DNA from: Phoronis australis
Lineage: Eukaryota > Animalia > Phoronida
Direction: 5' to 3'
DNA: 64,000 bases
Assembly: GCA_002633005.1 (NCBI GenBank)
Contig: NMRA01000528.1
Coordinates: 61,432 to 125,431, forward strand
In this document: positions 62,652 through 64,000 of the stretch, in pieces
How positions within the stretch are numbered: the stretch's first letter is position 1
Layout: each line of letters begins with the position of its first letter
Notes under the pieces: model-generated
Told to the model about the DNA's origin: nothing
The model's database searches: none
Seen by the model: only the letters and a program-made list of their open reading frames with translations
Translations under genes and position numbers: made by a program

Positions 62652-63858
62652 TATGTGGCCATATACACATGTTGGGTGGCGTCACCNCCCCCCCCCCGCC
62701 CCGTCCATCCAATGGCTGCTGCTGTATTTCCAAACCTAATTGGTTCGATGTGGAGGTGTTTCTATTGGCGGAGCCTGGGGACAGCAAGAGGAAAATTTCA
62801 GACGGATCCTGGACTACAACCTCTGCTGTATGTACCAAGTTCCACGAGGTGTTTTGATGAAATTTGGCAAATAGGTTTCTATTATGGATACTACAACACA
62901 AGTTTTGATGATTAATCTGTAACCCCTTAGTGACCCTGAATTTTATGTGTATGTCGGCGTCCGCCGTATTGCTAAACCGATTTTGGACAGATTAAGTTAT
63001 ACTTTGTAACACCCTGGTGGCAATTTATCTTTGGTTTCCCCGTACGTATGTGTATGGTAAACATTCAGACCAAGATATGCGCGCTGAATGGTACAGTAAG
63101 TTCATCATTTCGCAAGGCTAGAATTCGCTAAAGGGAGCGTTGTGACAGAAGGTAAAAAATTCCAAACGCACTGTTGATGTACAGATGGCGCAGACAGTCG
63201 CATAATGATTGTCGGGCTGCGCGTTTTTCAGTTCAACGACAGGTGGCCGGATTCGGGCGAGTCACTTTATCAAATCCATGAGTTCATTGATCAAATCCAC
63301 AAAGATGTTCGTTACTGAAGCTGAGTGCCGTCCACACAAAGACTTATCCTAGAATGAGTTACTCCTAGAACGAGTTGCCGCTAGGCTTGGGAGCTGTCCG
63401 CTGCCCAGTCGGGAGGCTATCAGACTTACCCCACTTTTAGTGAAACCGGTTACACTAGGGCACCCGCGGCAGCCAATCTGTCCGTACAACTCCCAAGATA
63501 TGTAGAGAAACTCAATTTTGAAAGGATTGGTATAAAAAGCGTAGGCTCTATGCCTTACATCTCGGGTCTCTTGGACGACTACCGGTACGTATTTTTAAAG
63601 GGAAAATTCTTCTGTCTGTGCACCTTTTACGCTAATTTTTGTAGAATTTTCACTTGCATATAAAAAGGGACAAAGTTGTGCTTCCTAAATAGTTTAAGCC
63701 TACGCCGGGTCTATGATCAGTCGTGGCACTGCGACAAGCAAAGAGAACCACTGAGCCTCTGGCGCTAATGCACTTCTGTTTATCAACATGTTTATCAACA
63801 GAAGTGGAAACCACCTAGTGCAAAACTTATTTTTACTGAAGTGTCGCCGTACTATAAG

Positions 63859-64000
63859 CAGTGGCGGATCTAGGATATCACAAGGGGGCCCTATATTTTG
63901 TCTGTAAACATTTGCACAAAGCACGATTGTAGATGCGCATAGCACCGAATGGGGGGAGCTCGGGAGGGGGGGTTGCCCCCCTCCCGCCAGGAAAATTTTT
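63859..64000. mobile_element. Left end of a related hAT-like MITE running off the window
   Basis: CAGTGGCGGATCTAGG...GGGGGCCC start, then G/C-run hairpins typical of this MITE type. Confidence 0.5.

Overview
Eukaryotic, intron-rich, AT-rich scaffold from what looks like an invertebrate animal (inferred from gene structure and repeat types), with assembly gaps at 115-629, 12469-12548, 19146-19149, 47886, 51935-52253 and 62687. There are three host genes. (1) ATP13A1/P5A-ATPase on the minus strand: 15 phase-consistent GT-AG exons from 52859 to 21659 (about 727 codons); the C-terminal ~40% was not found in the window. (2) CHCHD5-like twin-CX9C gene on the plus strand, head-to-head with ATP13A1 (start codons about 310 bp apart, with its ATG split by an intron). 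(3) A single-coding-exon GT31 beta-1,3-glycosyltransferase (brainiac/B3GALT-like) on the minus strand at 7721-8845. The rest is nested mobile DNA: a decayed L1/Tx1 LINE interrupted by a Penelope-like element with inverted termini carrying a minimal hammerhead ribozyme, Helentron/HINE-like elements (one holding a higher-order array of 11 CTCF-like motifs at ~147-bp spacing), a Tc2/pogo-type MITE pair, a hAT-like MITE family with 6-bp TSDs, a 9-bp-TSD foldback element, a CACTA-like element and a decayed THAP gene. I see no firm evidence of a wholly new system. The best leads are the CTCF-like array, the ribozyme, the missing ATP13A1 3' half (possible nested gene), and repeated tandem duplications at splice donors. 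All calls were made by eye; no database searches were run.
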